Source: Azolla caroliniana (Eukaryota > Plantae > Polypodiophyta). Taken from it: DNA of 64,000 nt. The stretch is from assembly GCA_043228905.1 (NCBI GenBank), contig JBHGNT010000008.1:4154001-4218000 (forward strand), read 5' to 3'. The notes beneath the pieces were generated by a model. That model had not been told where the DNA came from and ran no database searches. It saw nothing but the letters and a program-made list of their open reading frames with translations. Shown here piece after piece: positions 23,355 through 43,100 of this stretch (position 1 is the stretch's first letter; every line of letters starts with the position of its first letter). Position numbers and translations under genes: made by a program.

Positions 23355-23823
23355 GAACAATCAGCAACCGAACCGAACCATGGCTTAACGGTTTTAAATG
23401 GTTCGGTTCGGTTGAAGTTCACGTTTTCTTAATGGTTCGGTTCGGTTCAGTTTTAACGGTTTGAAACTACGGTTTAAACAGTTTGATGGCTTTTAATTTT
23501 CTTTAACAATCTTTTCATTTTTAAGCCTAATTCTCACATTTTAGGAAAAATATTTAAAATTTTGAAAAATTAAAATTTGAAATAATGAAAATTTTTAAAA
23601 TTTTAAAATTTGACCTAAGTTGAAAACCAAAACCGAACCACGAAACCACGGTTTTAGCAGTTTAATGGTTTAACAGTTTGGATTTGTACCAAACTGTTCG
23701 GTTAAAATGGTTTTGGTTTTAATAGTTTCGGTTTAATGGTTTCATGGTTCGGTTTAGGTTTCAAAATTTTTAAATAGTTAGGTTTGGACACTCTCGAACC
23801 AAACTGAATCGTTGTCATTTGTT
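23355..23823. mobile_element. AACCG/CGGTT-rich non-autonomous (MITE-like) element
   Basis: Dense aaccgaacc/ggttcggtt motifs in both orientations around an AT-rich core; ends poorly defined. Confidence 0.55.
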
Positions 23824-26329
23824 ATGTATGGAGGAGAGAGACACACAAAGACATGTTAAAATTCGGCTGATGACGTAAAATCATTGACGCACGAACTCTA
23901 TTGAACTCATGCCCATCAATTATGCGAAACAAAAAAATTGAAATTACATTGAATCGAGTGTGAAATGTTCTTAGAGATGGTTTACGATCACGATTTGCAT
24001 TGTAAATATATGTGTGGCAAATATGTATGGCTTGGACAGTGTCCATACAAAAGGGGACATTCTATGTCCAAGGTTCATTGGTCCCTTGGAGCGAGCCTAT
24101 GATGAAGTGAATCTTGATTTCGTCATGCGAATCGGGCATGATAAGCCATGCCCTCCATGAACTTGTGTATGTTTAAATGGCCCTTATGTGTCTTGTATCC
24201 CAATACTTGCATGCATTCCTAATTTGGTTGTTGCCAACATTCCTCTATGTATTCCATGGTGATTGCTTTCCATGTTGTCAATGAAGGTGTGCGCCTATGG
24301 GGGAGGTTAGTGATGGCATGTGATTGTCGTTGCATCCAATACACTCACTAAAAGGGGTATGCTTTTGAAGATCTAGCAAGACATAACCAAGGTTTAATGG
24401 ATATGTGTGCTTGTGGTGGAAGTTAGTGATGCATGTCATTGTTGTTGCATCGAATGTACTAAAATATAAGGGTCGTTTTCCTATGCTTTTGAAGCCCGAG
24501 CAAGGAATGGACAAAGTGTCTTGGGTCTGCCTTCTCCATCAATTTGTTGACTGGTGATGAAGCTCTCATAGAGGACAAGATACTTCTCTTTTATGTGTTT
24601 GTAAGTTGAGCACGTGCACAAAATGTTCTTCGCTCTCCTTCACATAATTTATGAAATCTATGGACCGTAGGTATGCCGAGTGTTCAACCTACTTAGATCT
24701 CTAGTTGATGGGAGAGAACTTTGAGTTGGCCTATATTTTTGTGAGAATTATAGGGCATGTAGACATCCATGTGCCTATGATGTCCTCATCAATCCATTAT
24801 GTAACAAGTTCATGAAAAAATAACCTTTGTAGTAGGTCATCTTTGAAGGAAAAGGCTCCCTTGGTGTGATTAAAGACATTTGAATATAGACTTGTCATAG
24901 GTCTAGCCACAATACCTTGTTTTTTCCTTCATTTTTAAGAGGTATATAGTATTGGAAGGATCCCTCTCTATGTTCTATCATTGTCATTTTCTTCAATTCT
25001 TTGAACACCTTAAATATAAATCCTTGAGGTTGAATGGTTTTCATACTATCACTATTTATAATAATTCTTCGTTTCTTAGGTGGAGGATTTGTAGTTCAGA
25101 CCAAGTGTACATATGCAACAAAACAAATTGTGTGAGATTATTTGTGTGTGTTTGTGTATTACAAAGAGAGCGAGTGAGTCAAAGACCAAACAAGAGGTTA
25201 CATCTTACTACGTTTTCTCATATTTGTAAACAACAAACCAATATATATATATATATTGTTAAAGTTGTGGTACTAAAGAATCCAAGTAAACATAAAATTA
25301 ATGTAAATCTAAATATGATGGAAGAGTGAGAGGGATATCTAAGATATCCAATGTAGTTAATGCATCGACATTTTACATTCACTAAGTCAATAGTGGCGTT
25401 TAACACATATGCACACCAAGGAGTGCCTATTCACACACACAATGTATGTAGTTGAGATTGTTATCTCGATACTCCCCTTCAAGGTCAATTGTGTTATACC
25501 GTCATGGTGGACAATGAACTTAATTATTTTTTACTTGATCTCAAGTTTGGCATGTCAAGTGGATCTAGGATAGGTACTATCGAGAATAGTCTAAATTAGT
25601 CTATGCCAAGTGTATTCATTTTGTGATAATATTTGTCATCTAGTGATTGGTGCAAATATGGATGGGTCATAAGTTGTTGTGGGAATACGCTTGCGCCTGT
25701 GAAATGTTGCGAGGGACAAATTAATTTCGAATGATGTTGTCGATGAAGGGTTGCAAGATTTTGTTTATATAAGATGGCACATTGTATTGCTTCTATCGAT
25801 ATCTCCCACCTTGATTTGTGTGGGTGCTCTTATAAACAAGGTCTTTGCGCATAGGATAATGGATTTATATTTGGAGATTGTGTGTGTCGGTGTATCCATG
25901 CCTCTAATGAACCTTTATATTCAAATTGCACAAGGATTTTATAATAGTGTGTTTAATTAGTTATGTGTGTGAGTGTTCAAAAAGCCGCATACAAGGAAGA
26001 ATCAATTAGCTAACCACCCATTCAGGCTTTACATTGAGACTTGTTCCATGCATTAACTAGTACGTGAGTTTTGTCTTTTCTTTTGGTATTGGGGAGCTCA
26101 AGATCTACTTCTTCAGGCAACAAGCAAATCTCGAGCACACCGGTACCAAAAAGGAAAAACAAAATTTGAGTGCTAATTAATGCACGGGCCGAGAAAAAAA
26201 AGAAGTTCAAGGAATCAATATCGAATAATAAAAAAAGGGACCACTCACAAGGAAGTATCAACTTTGCATAGATGCCCACCAACCACAAGCGCTATTATTC
26301 AGAACACACAGGGCGTCACTGCGAGTATC

Positions 26330-26505
26330 AATGGGCCCGGTTCGGTTTCGGTCCAGTTCGGTTTCTTTGCCTTGAAACCAAACTGAATGGAACCAAACCA
26401 TTTATATAAAACAAAAACCAAACCAAACCGTTTATGACCTTTCAAGCCATTAAACCAAACCATTCAAGAAAAGGCAAACCAAGCTATTTAAACCAAAACC
26501 GTCAC
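26330..26505. repeat. Short AACC/GGTT-rich MITE-like fragment
   Basis: ggttcggtttcggtccagttcggtttc followed by repeated aaaccaaacc. Confidence 0.45.
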
Positions 26506-26784
26506 GACGAGCACTAATTGACGTGTCGAGGGTAATATGTTGGGACACTCAAGATCCACCAATTGCCAGAGCAGAGAGCAACATGCAACTCCAAGGGGGG
26601 GGGAGGGGGAGGCGGGGTTACAAGTATTAAGTGTATGTGTGTGCGTTTCTTCGCTGAATCCGGGATGGATTGAGATTCGAGAGTATTATGTGTTGATATG
26701 AGCCTCTTTGACTCTCTTCTCTCCTCTTTGTGTGTGTCTTGTTTCTTTTGTCTCTCTATACACACACACAATGAGGAGAGAGCC

Positions 26785-27203
26785 TGGGGGGGCATTTTAT
26801 GTAATTATAGAAACAGAAGAGGGGGCATTTTTATGCAATTGTAGAAACCGAAGGGGCATTCTATGCAATTATAGAAACGGAAGAGGGGGCATTTTTATGC
26901 AATTATAGAAACCGAAGGGGCATTCTATGCAATTGTAGAAATCGAAGAGGGGGCATTTTTATGCAATTATAGAAACCGAAGGGGCATTCTATGCAATTGT
27001 AGAAATCGAAGAGGGGGCATTTTTATGCAATTATAGAAACCGAAGGGGCATTCTATGCAATTATAGAAAAGGAAGAGGGGGCATTTTATGCAATTATAGA
27101 AACTGAAGGGCATTTTCTATGCAATTATAGAAACAGAAGAGGGGGCATTTTTATGCAATTATAGAAACCGAAGGGGCATTCAATGCAATTATAGAAACCG
27201 AAG
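26785..27203. repeat. Minisatellite, 13 units of ~31/33 bp forming a 64-bp higher-order dimer
   Basis: Alternating gagggggcatttttatgcaattatagaaaccgaa and ggggcattctatgcaatt(a/g)tagaaa..gaa units. Confidence 0.95.
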
Positions 27204-27279
27204 ATATTTTTCTTTTTCTGCAGAAAAGAACAAAAAAACTGCACTACCATTCTTCCCCTTCTGTGGCGCTCAACCGCCT

Positions 27280-27355
27280 CCTCTCTTTCTCTCTCTTCTC
27301 TCTCTCTCTACTTTCTCTCTCTAATCTCTCTCTCTAATTTCTCTCTTCTCTCTCT

Positions 27356-27390
<35 letters not shown>

Positions 27391-27427
27391 CTCTCTCTCT
27401 CTTCTTTCTCTCTCTACTCTGTCTCTC

Positions 27428-27478
<51 letters not shown>

Positions 27479-27597
27479 TTCTCTCTCTACTCTGTCTCTC
27501 TGTACTCTCTCTCTCTCTCTCTTCTTTCTCTCTGTACTCTGTCTCTCTGTACTCTCTCTCTCTCTCTCTCTCTCTGTGTCTCTCTCTTTCTCTCTGC
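27280..27597. repeat. Compound (CT)n microsatellite in the beta-amylase 5' region
   Basis: Long (ct)n runs with a duplicated ctctgtctctctgtactctc block. Confidence 0.95.
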
Positions 27598-27640
27598 GCT
27601 TCTGAGTGCAGCTTCCTTAGCATAGCGAGCTCTGCTAGCC

Positions 27641-31909
<4,269 letters not shown>

Positions 31910-33399
31910 AAAGCTCCATACATGTGTAAGTTGATCCTTTGTAATGTATGTATGTACATATGCATGTACTTATGTATGAACTTGTATACTTAGATATATG
32001 CCCCCTATAGGCGTATAGAGAGGTGTTCGGTATTCTGTTTTAGTAGTGTTTGTAAACAAACTAATAATAATAATAGGGTCCAAAGATGGCTGATTGTGGT
32101 CCATATTCTGTCGGCTTGTAAGTGGCTCATTTGTCACCATTATGACATACATTTTTTCCATTATTCTGCTTGAAGCAAGTATCAATTTTAAAAAGGAGTG
32201 ATGACATGAAAAACTTCCTTTCCAAGAATGGAATAACAAAAGTTTTAAGTTGGTACATATCGATTTTCAAATATGTTGTTCCTTGTGATTTTGGTTTCCA
32301 CTATTATGACTTGATATGTATCCCAATGGGCTTACTACCAAAAAAACAATGAAATAGCTATAAATAGAAAAAGAGAGCAAAGGCCACATGAGACGAGGTA
32401 GAATTGACAGAAGAAATATTTCTAACCAAACAAATACAAACATTAGATTTTTGAAGTGATTTGTATTATGTGAATAAAAATAAATTCATGCGATATTGAT
32501 TTTCAAACTTGAGATTATAGTATGTGGTTGTATATGTTAAGGATGATGGATTTTGGCTAGGAACCTCGCTAACCAAAGAAGTTTTTCCGAGTACTATTAT
32601 ACCCGGGTGCTATTTTGATTTGTTCAATCGACACGTGGAGAGAGTCTATCAATGCCCTTTAGTTGATCGTTGGAGTTGCATGTGGAAAGAAAAGAAATTA
32701 TCAAAATAGATCAAGAAAAGTATGTAAAGTGATTGCATTTTCAACCTAAAAATCTCTAGATGTCGATTCCATTTATATTATGTAATGCATATATGTAGGG
32801 GATTCTTATTTCTCCTTGTTATTAACAGATTGATACCAATTCTTAGTTACTCTCTATAGAATGGATCACTTTTATGGGTGATAAAAAAATTCTAGGGTAT
32901 ATAAAAAAGGAAGGAGCATCAACATTGTGGAAATAGCTAGCATGATGGTAGTCATTTTGTGCGAATACTTCCCATGAAGGTTTCAATGTCTTTGATGAAA
33001 TTCTTTTCATGATTGCATCAACTCATCTCCCTACTTGGCATTTGTCACTTAATTCTCAAAGCATGAGGAGTTATGTTGGCCAATAGCCAACGAGAATGTC
33101 TTGACTTTATGCCATTGATCTTCCATTTCCAGGTCCAACTACACAAAAGTGAAAATTTTGATATTAGGACTAGGAAGCATGTACTACACATTACAAGTCT
33201 AAATCATATGAACCAAGGAAGTCTAAATCATATATTCAATAGACACCATTCCACCTGCTTACCAATTGCAACAAAAAAAAGTTATCTTTTTTATGCACAT
33301 GGATTTGCTAAAAAACAATGTGAAACCATTGCAATCATAAATCATATGAGCAACTTAAGACATATCCACTGATCTCAAGCTTTACTTGAAACACACAAA

Positions 33400-33960
33400 G
33401 CTTACGGATTCCAATATTAAGGATATGTGCTCAAGCTTCGAGCAATGGGTTTCACATTGCATATAATATAACTCTCTTGCTTAGTTTGCCCCTTTTAACA
33501 ACCTCGATCTGTCCAGGTTTTTTTCTAGTGACCACAATAATGTTATGGGCATTATGGAAATATCGGTGTAACCGACTTTATGATGCGGTAGACATTCATC
33601 TCTTGGATGTGCTGCTTGAGATATGGGAGAACTTGCTGGCCAATATGATAATATGCAGGGTTCCCCATATACTGTGAACAAGAGAAGGAAAAAGCTTCTT
33701 CACTTAATGGAAAAAGTTGCCCCTGTTTACAATGTCAACTCAAGAGCTTCAATGACAATATCAACTTCCATGGACTCTTTCTTGAATATCAACAAATGTA
33801 AACATCTTTTACGAAGTTCGATATTTGGTCCTAGAATTATTTTACATCATTGCATAAGAAAAGTTGTAACCTCCTCAGCCGCTAGGTTCAAGTTGTAGCC
33901 TTCAGGCATTTTTTCTTAATACTATTGAAGAAATCCTTTAAAAAATAAAAATAAAAACTC
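33400..33960 (+). mobile_element. Probable 3' remnant of an L1-type LINE
   Basis: IMLWALWKYRCNRLYD resembles the W.IWK.RN motif at the end of plant L1 ORF2; A-rich tail at ~33940-33957. Confidence 0.45.
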
Positions 33961-36900
33961 TCTTGCTTAGTTTTGGTTTTACATAAATTCATGTTCTAGA
34001 AAAAATAATTTAACCACGACTGAAGATATGCTACTAACTAACCCTTACCACTAATCCTTGAATAATCTTAGATAAATTGCACGTAATCCCTTGTGTAATA
34101 AACAACGGAAAACCAAGTTATGATGGCATCTCCCATTCCAACTGAATTTGTTGTTTGTACAACTCTTGCACACAATAAGTTGTAAGTCACCTAGTTTGTT
34201 GGTAACATTAGCCTATCAATATGAAAACTTGTAATATAAACTATAATATATCAATACTAAAAATAACCATTATGTCATAACATTAGTTTACTATCCAATC
34301 AATGAATACTTGGATATAATTATCTTCATATAGCTCTAGGATTGCTTACATTGAAAATATGTTGATCCAACTTCTAGTGTTCAAGTCTCAACCAAAAGAC
34401 AAACCTATAAGTATTCACATTCGAGACAAGCTATACTTCGATGGATCTTCCATCAATGGATCCCATACATTCGTCATGTTCGAGATACCATTATATTACA
34501 CATCTCCATATACATAATGAATGGTATGTTATAAAAAAATAGCACCAAAGTTCTGTACATTGTTACAATAGTAATGAACAACAACAATGAAGTTCGAAAT
34601 TGATCTGTCAAGAGCAAATTGCTCATTAGAAAGATAATAATCAAAACACAACTACAAAAAGTTTTTATAACAACCATTTAGATTAAAGCATCAGTACAAG
34701 ATTCATTGAAGACCTACAAATAGCCATGCATACTAAATGATATTGGAATAGAATATGCTCCAAAAACTGCACTATGCCTACAAACCTTGTAATCATGCCA
34801 ATTAGAATGTGGGAATCCTCATTATGCTCTCTTACATTCAATTCTAAGCTTTTCTTCTATCAAAGCAAGACTTTGAAATCTTTATTTCAATGTCAAGTTG
34901 CAATGCACACATTAGATGACACGTGATGATATGGAACAAAGAATAATGAGAATTAGACCTACTTTTCAACATGAAGGGGAAGATTATATCAATATAAATA
35001 TAGAAGCTGATTTAATAAGAAAAGGTGCATTTGAAATCATTTATTTATGAACGAAATTTGTATAGACAGGGAAACAAAGGATACTATCATAACTTTATGT
35101 TTTTCCAAGTTTAGGCGCGACCACTCTTATCATGGCTTAGATAACTTCTTTATGAGATGATAACATTTTTAGGTATAATTAGTATATAAACCTTTCTAAG
35201 CTAAACCTTTAGACCTTAGTACAAGTTGTGCATGTCTTGTATTTCCTCTCTTCTTCGACATCTTTGTTGATACTCAACAATTTTTTGCCTCATTTTATAT
35301 TGCCTCCTTACAACCAGCATTACATAATGCAGTTACTCTATAGCATCGAAAAAGATTTAGGTGGAACATAGGAATTTTCTTTATATTTGCAACTTGATGA
35401 CATTTGGAAAATTTATGCCATCCTTGGTTCCAAGGATCTCTCATGGATTCCTTCTCAACAGGTTCTTAAATTTTTAATCTTTGCTCTCAATTTCATCTTC
35501 ATTATTTCGTTGTCATATATAAAATCTACCACTAAAGTTGTCATGTTTTGAAGTGTGATCTCCCATATCATCAATTATAATTGGATTCCTTGCATCATCT
35601 ACAAAATCTACCACTAAAGTAATCCTATTTTTAAGTGTGATCTCCCATATCATCAATTGTAATTGGAATCCTTGCATCATCAAGACATTCGTAAATAGAT
35701 AATCCAACAATCCCAAATGAGTAAGGATGACATGGTTACCAATTTCAATGAAGATCAAATCATCAAGGAAACCGCATACAAATGTATTGAACCAATGTTG
35801 GTGAATACTTACAAAGTTAACAAAGTTTTTCTTGCCTCCTCCCATTCTATTGAGAGTGATATTCTACTCTTGTTTACATTCATTGGTCTAAAACAAGTGC
35901 CAACTCCCATATCTTTTTTCATGAAGATGCACAAAAAGAAAATAAATTTGGACAAACTCAATATTTAATACAGGTCTCTCTTCAACCATAGTTATCCTAC
36001 ATAACATGTTTTCTCACACAATATAAAGACTTGTAAGTTGTTCTTTGTGTTTGGAGCTACAACATTTCGTGCTTCATAAGCTATAGGAACCTTTTTTGAA
36101 TGAGGTAGATGGAAGTCTTTTGGCCTTGAAATGATCAATCAATGAGCTAGATATGCATTAGTACTCAGTAGAGCTACTTTCAATATGCATAAAAACTCCC
36201 CCCAATATAAATAATGCCCCAAGAAATTTGACAAATATGACTACATATCAATTGCTAGAGAGTGTAGCTTGTTTTGTGTAGTAAAAAGTGTTATTATTTG
36301 GAAGTGGTCATAATGTAGTTTAATGTTTAGGCAAGAGGTATCAACTAATTCTTTTGCTAAACAGCAAAATATTATGATGGTTTTCAAACCAATAATTATC
36401 ATGATAATTATAGTATATCTTAATCATAAGATCACTCTACTAGTAATGCATCAATAATCAAGTAAATAGTGCAAATAAACATACAAGTTGTGATGATGCA
36501 TCTATGACACTAATCACAAAAAAATTGGTGTGGCTCAACTATAAGAAAATAATCTTCTAACTTGTATAAAAAACACTAAATATTGAATGCCCTAGCAACA
36601 AGACAAATCTCCTCGCATTGGTGCATATTGATATATATATATATATGTTGATTGATTTTAACAAGAAAGTACATATGCATGATACATAACATCGATAATT
36701 TTTTTGAAGAAGCCATACAAAACTAAAACTGAAGTGTTTGTTAATTGATTAGAAGGAAAATACTCGATACAAACTACAACATTACCTCGAAAAATATGTG
36801 ACCAGAAGACGTTAGCGTTTGGAGCAGCACTTCATAGCATTAAATTAAATCATGCGTACAATGTCCTCGAGTGTAAGGTCGATGGCTTTGTTTCACGGAA

Positions 36901-37110
36901 AATTTTGGCGATGCCATTAATGCATTCAGAGAGGTGTTTCTTGAATAGAGAATAATAGATGCACATGCTAGCAAAAACCTATATGTCAGAGCTTTTGCGA
37001 GCATACATAGGATAGAAAATGGATGTTAAGGCTCAGGTAAGCATCGTAATAAATCACATATCATACCCTACAAGGTTGGACTTTCTTTCAGACAATTTAA
37101 ATGACGAGAT

Positions 37111-40100
37111 CTACACGGTGATGTATTTGAGCACGGCGCCACGAATTTTCTCCATGAATTGTGATGCTTGATCCTGCATTTCATTTCTTTACAAGTTACT
37201 CTTCAAAGATGTGGATCAAGTGGCATCTTCCGCCATTAGCTTGTTCACATACATCCACACATACACACATACACACATATAATGATATATGTAAAGACAT
37301 ACAATACATACCTGAATGCATGCATACATACATTACATACCTGAATGCATGCATAAATACATTACATACAGGAATGCATGCATACATACATAGTTGTGTG
37401 TGAGAATTCTGTTTATATATTGATAACATCACTGTGAACAAATTTGCACACCTGCCCTTGCGAGTTTGCAGCCGCGATGTTCTCATCCAGCAGGGCTAAA
37501 AGAGAACGGTCAACCTCATTTTTCTCTACCATTTCTAGCAGCTGAAAAAGGAAGGGGTCAGCAAAGAGACGATTTAAATTCCGCAAAAGAAGAGCACCTA
37601 GTTACCCACTGTTGCTTTTTTATCCTTCGATGCGAGAAGCCTCGCCAATCTCTCTCTTGCTCCTAGTATATCTATTGTCATCTTGTCATATGCCTCTGTT
37701 GCATAAGAGGGTTAGACAATCAGAAGAAGTAACAACAGAAATGCACATGGCTCTTCTTTGGGGGTGACACTATGGAAATAGTAAACATAAGCTACTTAGT
37801 TTAATTCTTGACAATTTACAGATATCAAGGGGGTTTTTTTGGCAAGAAAAAATATCAAGGGTTTTTAATTAGAAAGCCCATGATATAGAAGGTTTACATA
37901 ACACTGAACCCTACATTTGCTGCATTTCGTGGTAGCATTTCCATTGAGATGAAGTCATGCGAAAGATGGAAATCAAAATGAGCCTTTATTTGTGCCAAGT
38001 GGTACACAAATACAATTGAGGGAGAGGCTTTTCCATTCTTTTATCATGGAGAATTTGAACATGACCTTTTAAAAGTTCCACATCAAAGTTTTAAGAAAAA
38101 TGTTCTTTTGAATGATGATGACTCACATTTAAAACAATCCTCTAATGGGTGAATAACATTTACCATTTACAGAAGCCTTGTACATTGAAAATAAAAATAT
38201 TTCAGAAAGTTAAGCATACCAATTCCTTCTTGCAAAACTTTGTTTAATGCCTCGAGCTCTACCAATTTATCCTCGACGTCCTACGAGCAACAGACATAAT
38301 AAAAAGATAGTTCTTTCAACAATTTGAGAATACAATAAACAATGGTTACCGGTGTACGGTTTATGGAGAAACGGGCTGAACCAATCTCCCTTTGAAGAAA
38401 TGAGAAAAATTCATCGTTTAATCTGGAACCAAGAAGAAATAATTTAGGACTCAATTTGATTTAACTACCTGTTAGATGTCTAATAATCTCATTAGCCTTC
38501 ACAGTATTTGTGTCCATAATCCCACTCACTTTCAATACAAGTTGTAACCCCACATATGAGTATTTTCTGATTAACAAAGTTAGGCAGATATCTACTTGCA
38601 AGCTCTAAAGAAAGAACGATATATTAATGTCTTTTAAGAGGCCAAAATGGCCTATAAGACAAAAAAAGAGATTATATCTGCAGTGTTGTCTCGTCTTTGA
38701 GAAGAAGAAATCAAAATAATGCTACTAAATAATAAAAAAGTAAATAAGATAAAAAGATACTAAAGAATCTTGTTATCGGTATACTGCAAGATTCTAGGAG
38801 CTTGATACAAGGCTAAAATAAGATGGTAGAACAACTAGCCCGGACCAGGTGCAAATCTGAGACATTTGTCATAAATAATGAAAGAAACACCAAATACCAC
38901 AAAAGTTTTGGCCACTCCCCTAAGTTTTCAAAATTTACCAGAGTATCCCCCCCACCCCCGGCAATGGTAATTTTTTTAATGACCAATCTGCAGAGACATC
39001 AGTTTTTAATGACCAGTGCGGTGTTCTGGTCAAATTTTGAAAACTGTGGAGAGTTCTAGTAAATATCAGCAACATTTGGGGCATTTTGGTATTTTCCCTG
39101 AATAAATATATACTTGAAACTCTTCATCATTGCTAATATGATATATCTATCCTAGGCATAGCTGGCACGTATGTTCACAATGCAAGTGAAAGGTAAATTC
39201 CAAAGATAATCCACTACAAAAAAAATCTCCATGTCCTATTTTCTCTTATATATGCTCTATCCTCAAACATATTAACAGAATTCAATTAAATGAGCACATA
39301 TATATATAACAAACATGCTATATAAGAACAAAAAGTTGTTACCGAGGTCGACATCGTGCAACTTCAAATTCAATATCTTGTGCCTCTGTATCTAGCAAGA
39401 AATTAACCAAGTCTGCATTTGTTTCAGGAACCACCCGTGCCTGTTTGCCAGAATTTGACAAAAGAAAACCAAATTTCACTTGCTAGTAGGTAGAACATAC
39501 CACTTCAAACAAAAAGATTTGCTGGAACAAACAGTATCAACATAGGTATATATTTAAGCATATTCAAGTGTATATGTATATATGTATGAGTGTGTAATAT
39601 GCATTTATCTATGCATGTCAGTGTATACAGTTGGCTGGAATAAATGTGTTGGTACATAATGAGACATACATGTTAGATATAATCAATTATCAACCCCAAG
39701 TTGTCAGTTTATCCCCACATGTACTCTTAGAGTGCACATTTTGTGATAGCACCCCAAATGAGTAGCTATTGTGCAACCCAACCATATGAGTTGTTGATGA
39801 GATGTCAATGTGGGAAACCGCAGATGAGTAGGACGGAAGGTATTTAGGAAAGAGGGAAGAAGAGTAACAGGATTGACTAGTCAGGTTGACTAGATTCTTT
39901 GTTGGCAGGTTAAGATGTACTTAGTCTTGAAGTATGTGCCATTGAGTTTAAGATAGGTACTATCTAGCACTTTAAGATAAGTAGGTCATATGAAATAATT
40001 TGGTTGGAAAAAGGGGAACATCCCCACGATATCAACTGACTTGCACATTTAATGTGATAATAAGACCACAAACAAAATATAAATATCCACTCTCTTTACA

Positions 40101-43100
40101 CAGCTGTTGTATTCATTATCCATGTCAACTAGCTCTATAGTTGACTATCCAGATCCCATCTAAGATGTGAGCGCACGTGTGGATTACCATTGTGAGCTAC
40201 TCTCATGTTTAACAGAAAATCTGTATTGACAAATACACATCTCTGTGAGTGTAACTCTATATGCCTATCTAGTCAATTCTCAACATTTTTAACAATATAT
40301 TTGTACCTATGAAAATGAATGGAAACAGTGCATTCTCATACATATATAAATATGCATATCCATGCCTGTCGATGCATGAATGCATGTAAGTATGCATGCA
40401 TGCATGCAATGGATGAATGGATGCATGTATGTATCTACATATATAATCACATATGCATACATGCACGAATGTATCCATGTATATATGTATACAATCACAT
40501 ATATATATACATGGATATGTGTGTGCATGTATGCATGCACATATTTTATTTATTTGCAAAAATTAATGAAGCTAAAATCTTAAAGTTCATGAGGGAGGTA
40601 ATTTCACTTATGATTTTAATTCTTTGCATCACCACTCTTTAAAAATATTTTCCTTTTGTTGCGGACTAATTTCATTAATTCAGCAGTGTAGCTTTTCCAT
40701 AATGAAATATTTTGCCCATTGATCAAATGCTATATTAAAACATGTAATGGAACCAGAGACACTGCAAAATGTTGATTCCATTAAATTTGAGCCAGGAAAT
40801 TTCATTGTTACGGAATAGAAACTTATAAAAGTATTAAAAAGTGAACCTATAACTTGGTTCAAGTTTCTTTCATTGTAATTATCTATTGTTTTGTAAGAAA
40901 CTAAAAATATTGTATTGTGTTTACATGGTGCACACCGCACATCATGCTTGAGAAGTTCAACTGCCTACAGTCTTATGCAGCTATAAACTATGTCTTCTAC
41001 ACATGCTAGCTACAGTGTAAATAGACTATCTCAGCCTTTTTAGTTTATTAGTTTGGAACCCGAAGATAAGTATGAAACAAATCTTATTTCATAACTGTGC
41101 ATGATGTGGAACAAAATCATGACAATAATGAGTTATGGAACAGATAGTTTTAGTTCTGCAACTCTTGAAAACAGCTCTTTTTCATTCCTGATTGTTATGC
41201 TCATTCAAAATACAACTGTAAAATGACCTATGTTTACATGAATATACACAAATGTAGAATATACAGAGACAGAGATATGTATGTAGACTTGCAAATTGAG
41301 AATAGGTATCTGAAGGGACTCACTTCCCGGGCAGCTCTTCGTTTTTCTTTCTCTAACTTCAATTGCCTCTCATATGCTTCCCTTGCGTCCTTATCTTTCT
41401 CTAAAGATTTTTGAAAAGTTCTTCTAGCAATATGGCCACCTGTTGGAGGGGCAAGTATTCCTTCAGGATCCTGACAAAAGAACAGAACATCCTAAGTCCT
41501 TGTTATGAACCCCTCGGTATTTAAAAGAGGAGTAAGGAAAGATAATTGAAATATTCCCAGGAACCAATTATCCCTCTTCTGGATTTATAAAACAGCATGA
41601 AAAACCAGCATTCCAGAATCTGTCCTTACATAAAAATCCTTAAAAATTGTAGCTGTTTATCAATAAAATTTAAAAGTTCATGAAATGTTTATACATTAAA
41701 ACTAGTAGCTTTGCCCTTCTATAAACAGGATAAACATTCATATGTTTCTCTGCATAAAACTAGATTTCTGTGAAACTTTAGATACATAAACACAAATACA
41801 TTTACCTATAGTGGCAAAATTTGGTTGTCTCTAGATAGAATCTTGCAAAACTTATATGCATAAAACCAGTGTCATTGCAATTACCTAAAGATTTTCATCA
41901 AGTATATTTACACAAAAACCAATATCTTTGCCCTTATCTAAATCAGATATAAATTCATAAGTTTCTCTATGTAAAACTAAATTTTCGTGAAACATATAAA
42001 ACTAGCAACTTTGTCCTTATCTGAATCAGGTGAAAATTCATATGTTTCTCTACGTAAAACTAAAATTCTGTGAAATACATAAAAACCAGCAACGTTGCCC
42101 TTATCTAAACCGGTACAACTTTATATGTAGCTCTACACAGAACAAGAATATCACAAATATTATGTAATATACCTGAAAGACATTATGTCCGTAAGTATGT
42201 ATGTGTAAGTCTATAAGACCAGTGGATACTGCAGAAAATCATCTGCAAGGATCTATCTCCCATTAACAGAAAAAACAACTGGAAAAGTAAAAAACAGCTA
42301 GAAGATTCTATATTCCATTAAACCCATCAAACGTGAAAGAGCAAATAATTGTCGAGGTGGAAAAGAAAATTAAAATATTTATATTCCATGAAACCCATCG
42401 AAATGAAAGAATAGATAAAGATAAAAAGAAGAAAAAACACAAAAAATGAAACAAATAATTTAATTGAAGAATATGATGCATAGGCATTAAAAAAATGAAG
42501 ACATTAAAAAATTATCTACAAGGGTTCACCTGCCTTGCATGAAAATCTTCCAAAACTGAAACAAAAGAACATTGGTAGAATTTGGGTGTTTAATGATCAA
42601 ACTTCATGATAGAGAAATATAATGAACAAGAAAGGCAAGAAAAGTATAATAGACGTAGAAAAAGAAGAAGAAACTAATTAAGGATCTATATATCTTCAAA
42701 AAAGAAAGGAAGAGAAGGATTCTATCTCACATAAAAGCCAAATGAAAGAGAATTTTTTTTGTAAAAGACGAACGACCTATATATTCTCCCTTGAAAACTA
42801 TCAAACAACAAAGGACAGATTAAGTGTAAAAATATGGCCTTCCATGAAACCCATCAAAAATGGAAAAAAACAAACGAACACTAAAGATACACGAATGAAC
42901 TAGCTTGGAAACCATCCAAAAATGGAAGAAGCAACCAACTTTAAAAGAAGAAAAAAATCTATATCTGCCCATTCGAAAAACCCATTAAAAATGGAGGTTA
43001 AAAACACCTGTAAAAAGAAGAAAAACATCTATATTATCCCATATGAGAAACTATACAAAATGGAAGAGATAAAAAAACTGCAAAAGAAGAAAAACAGATC

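Noticed and set aside
23830-26000. Possible decayed retroelement coding sequence on the minus strand
   Set aside because: No gag, RT or integrase motif could be recognised by eye; a profile search is needed.
26785-27203. CRISPR-like array of ~32-bp repeats
   Set aside because: No spacers; simple tandem repeat.
39670-40165. Possible solo LTR in an intron (tgttagat...atctaaga)
   Set aside because: The 3' end is not CA and no matching TSD was found; support is too weak.
40269-40642. Overlapping His/Ile/Tyr/Cys-rich ORFs (also at 37161-37486 and 46342-46916)
   Set aside because: Intronic (AT/GT/CA)-type low-complexity sequence.
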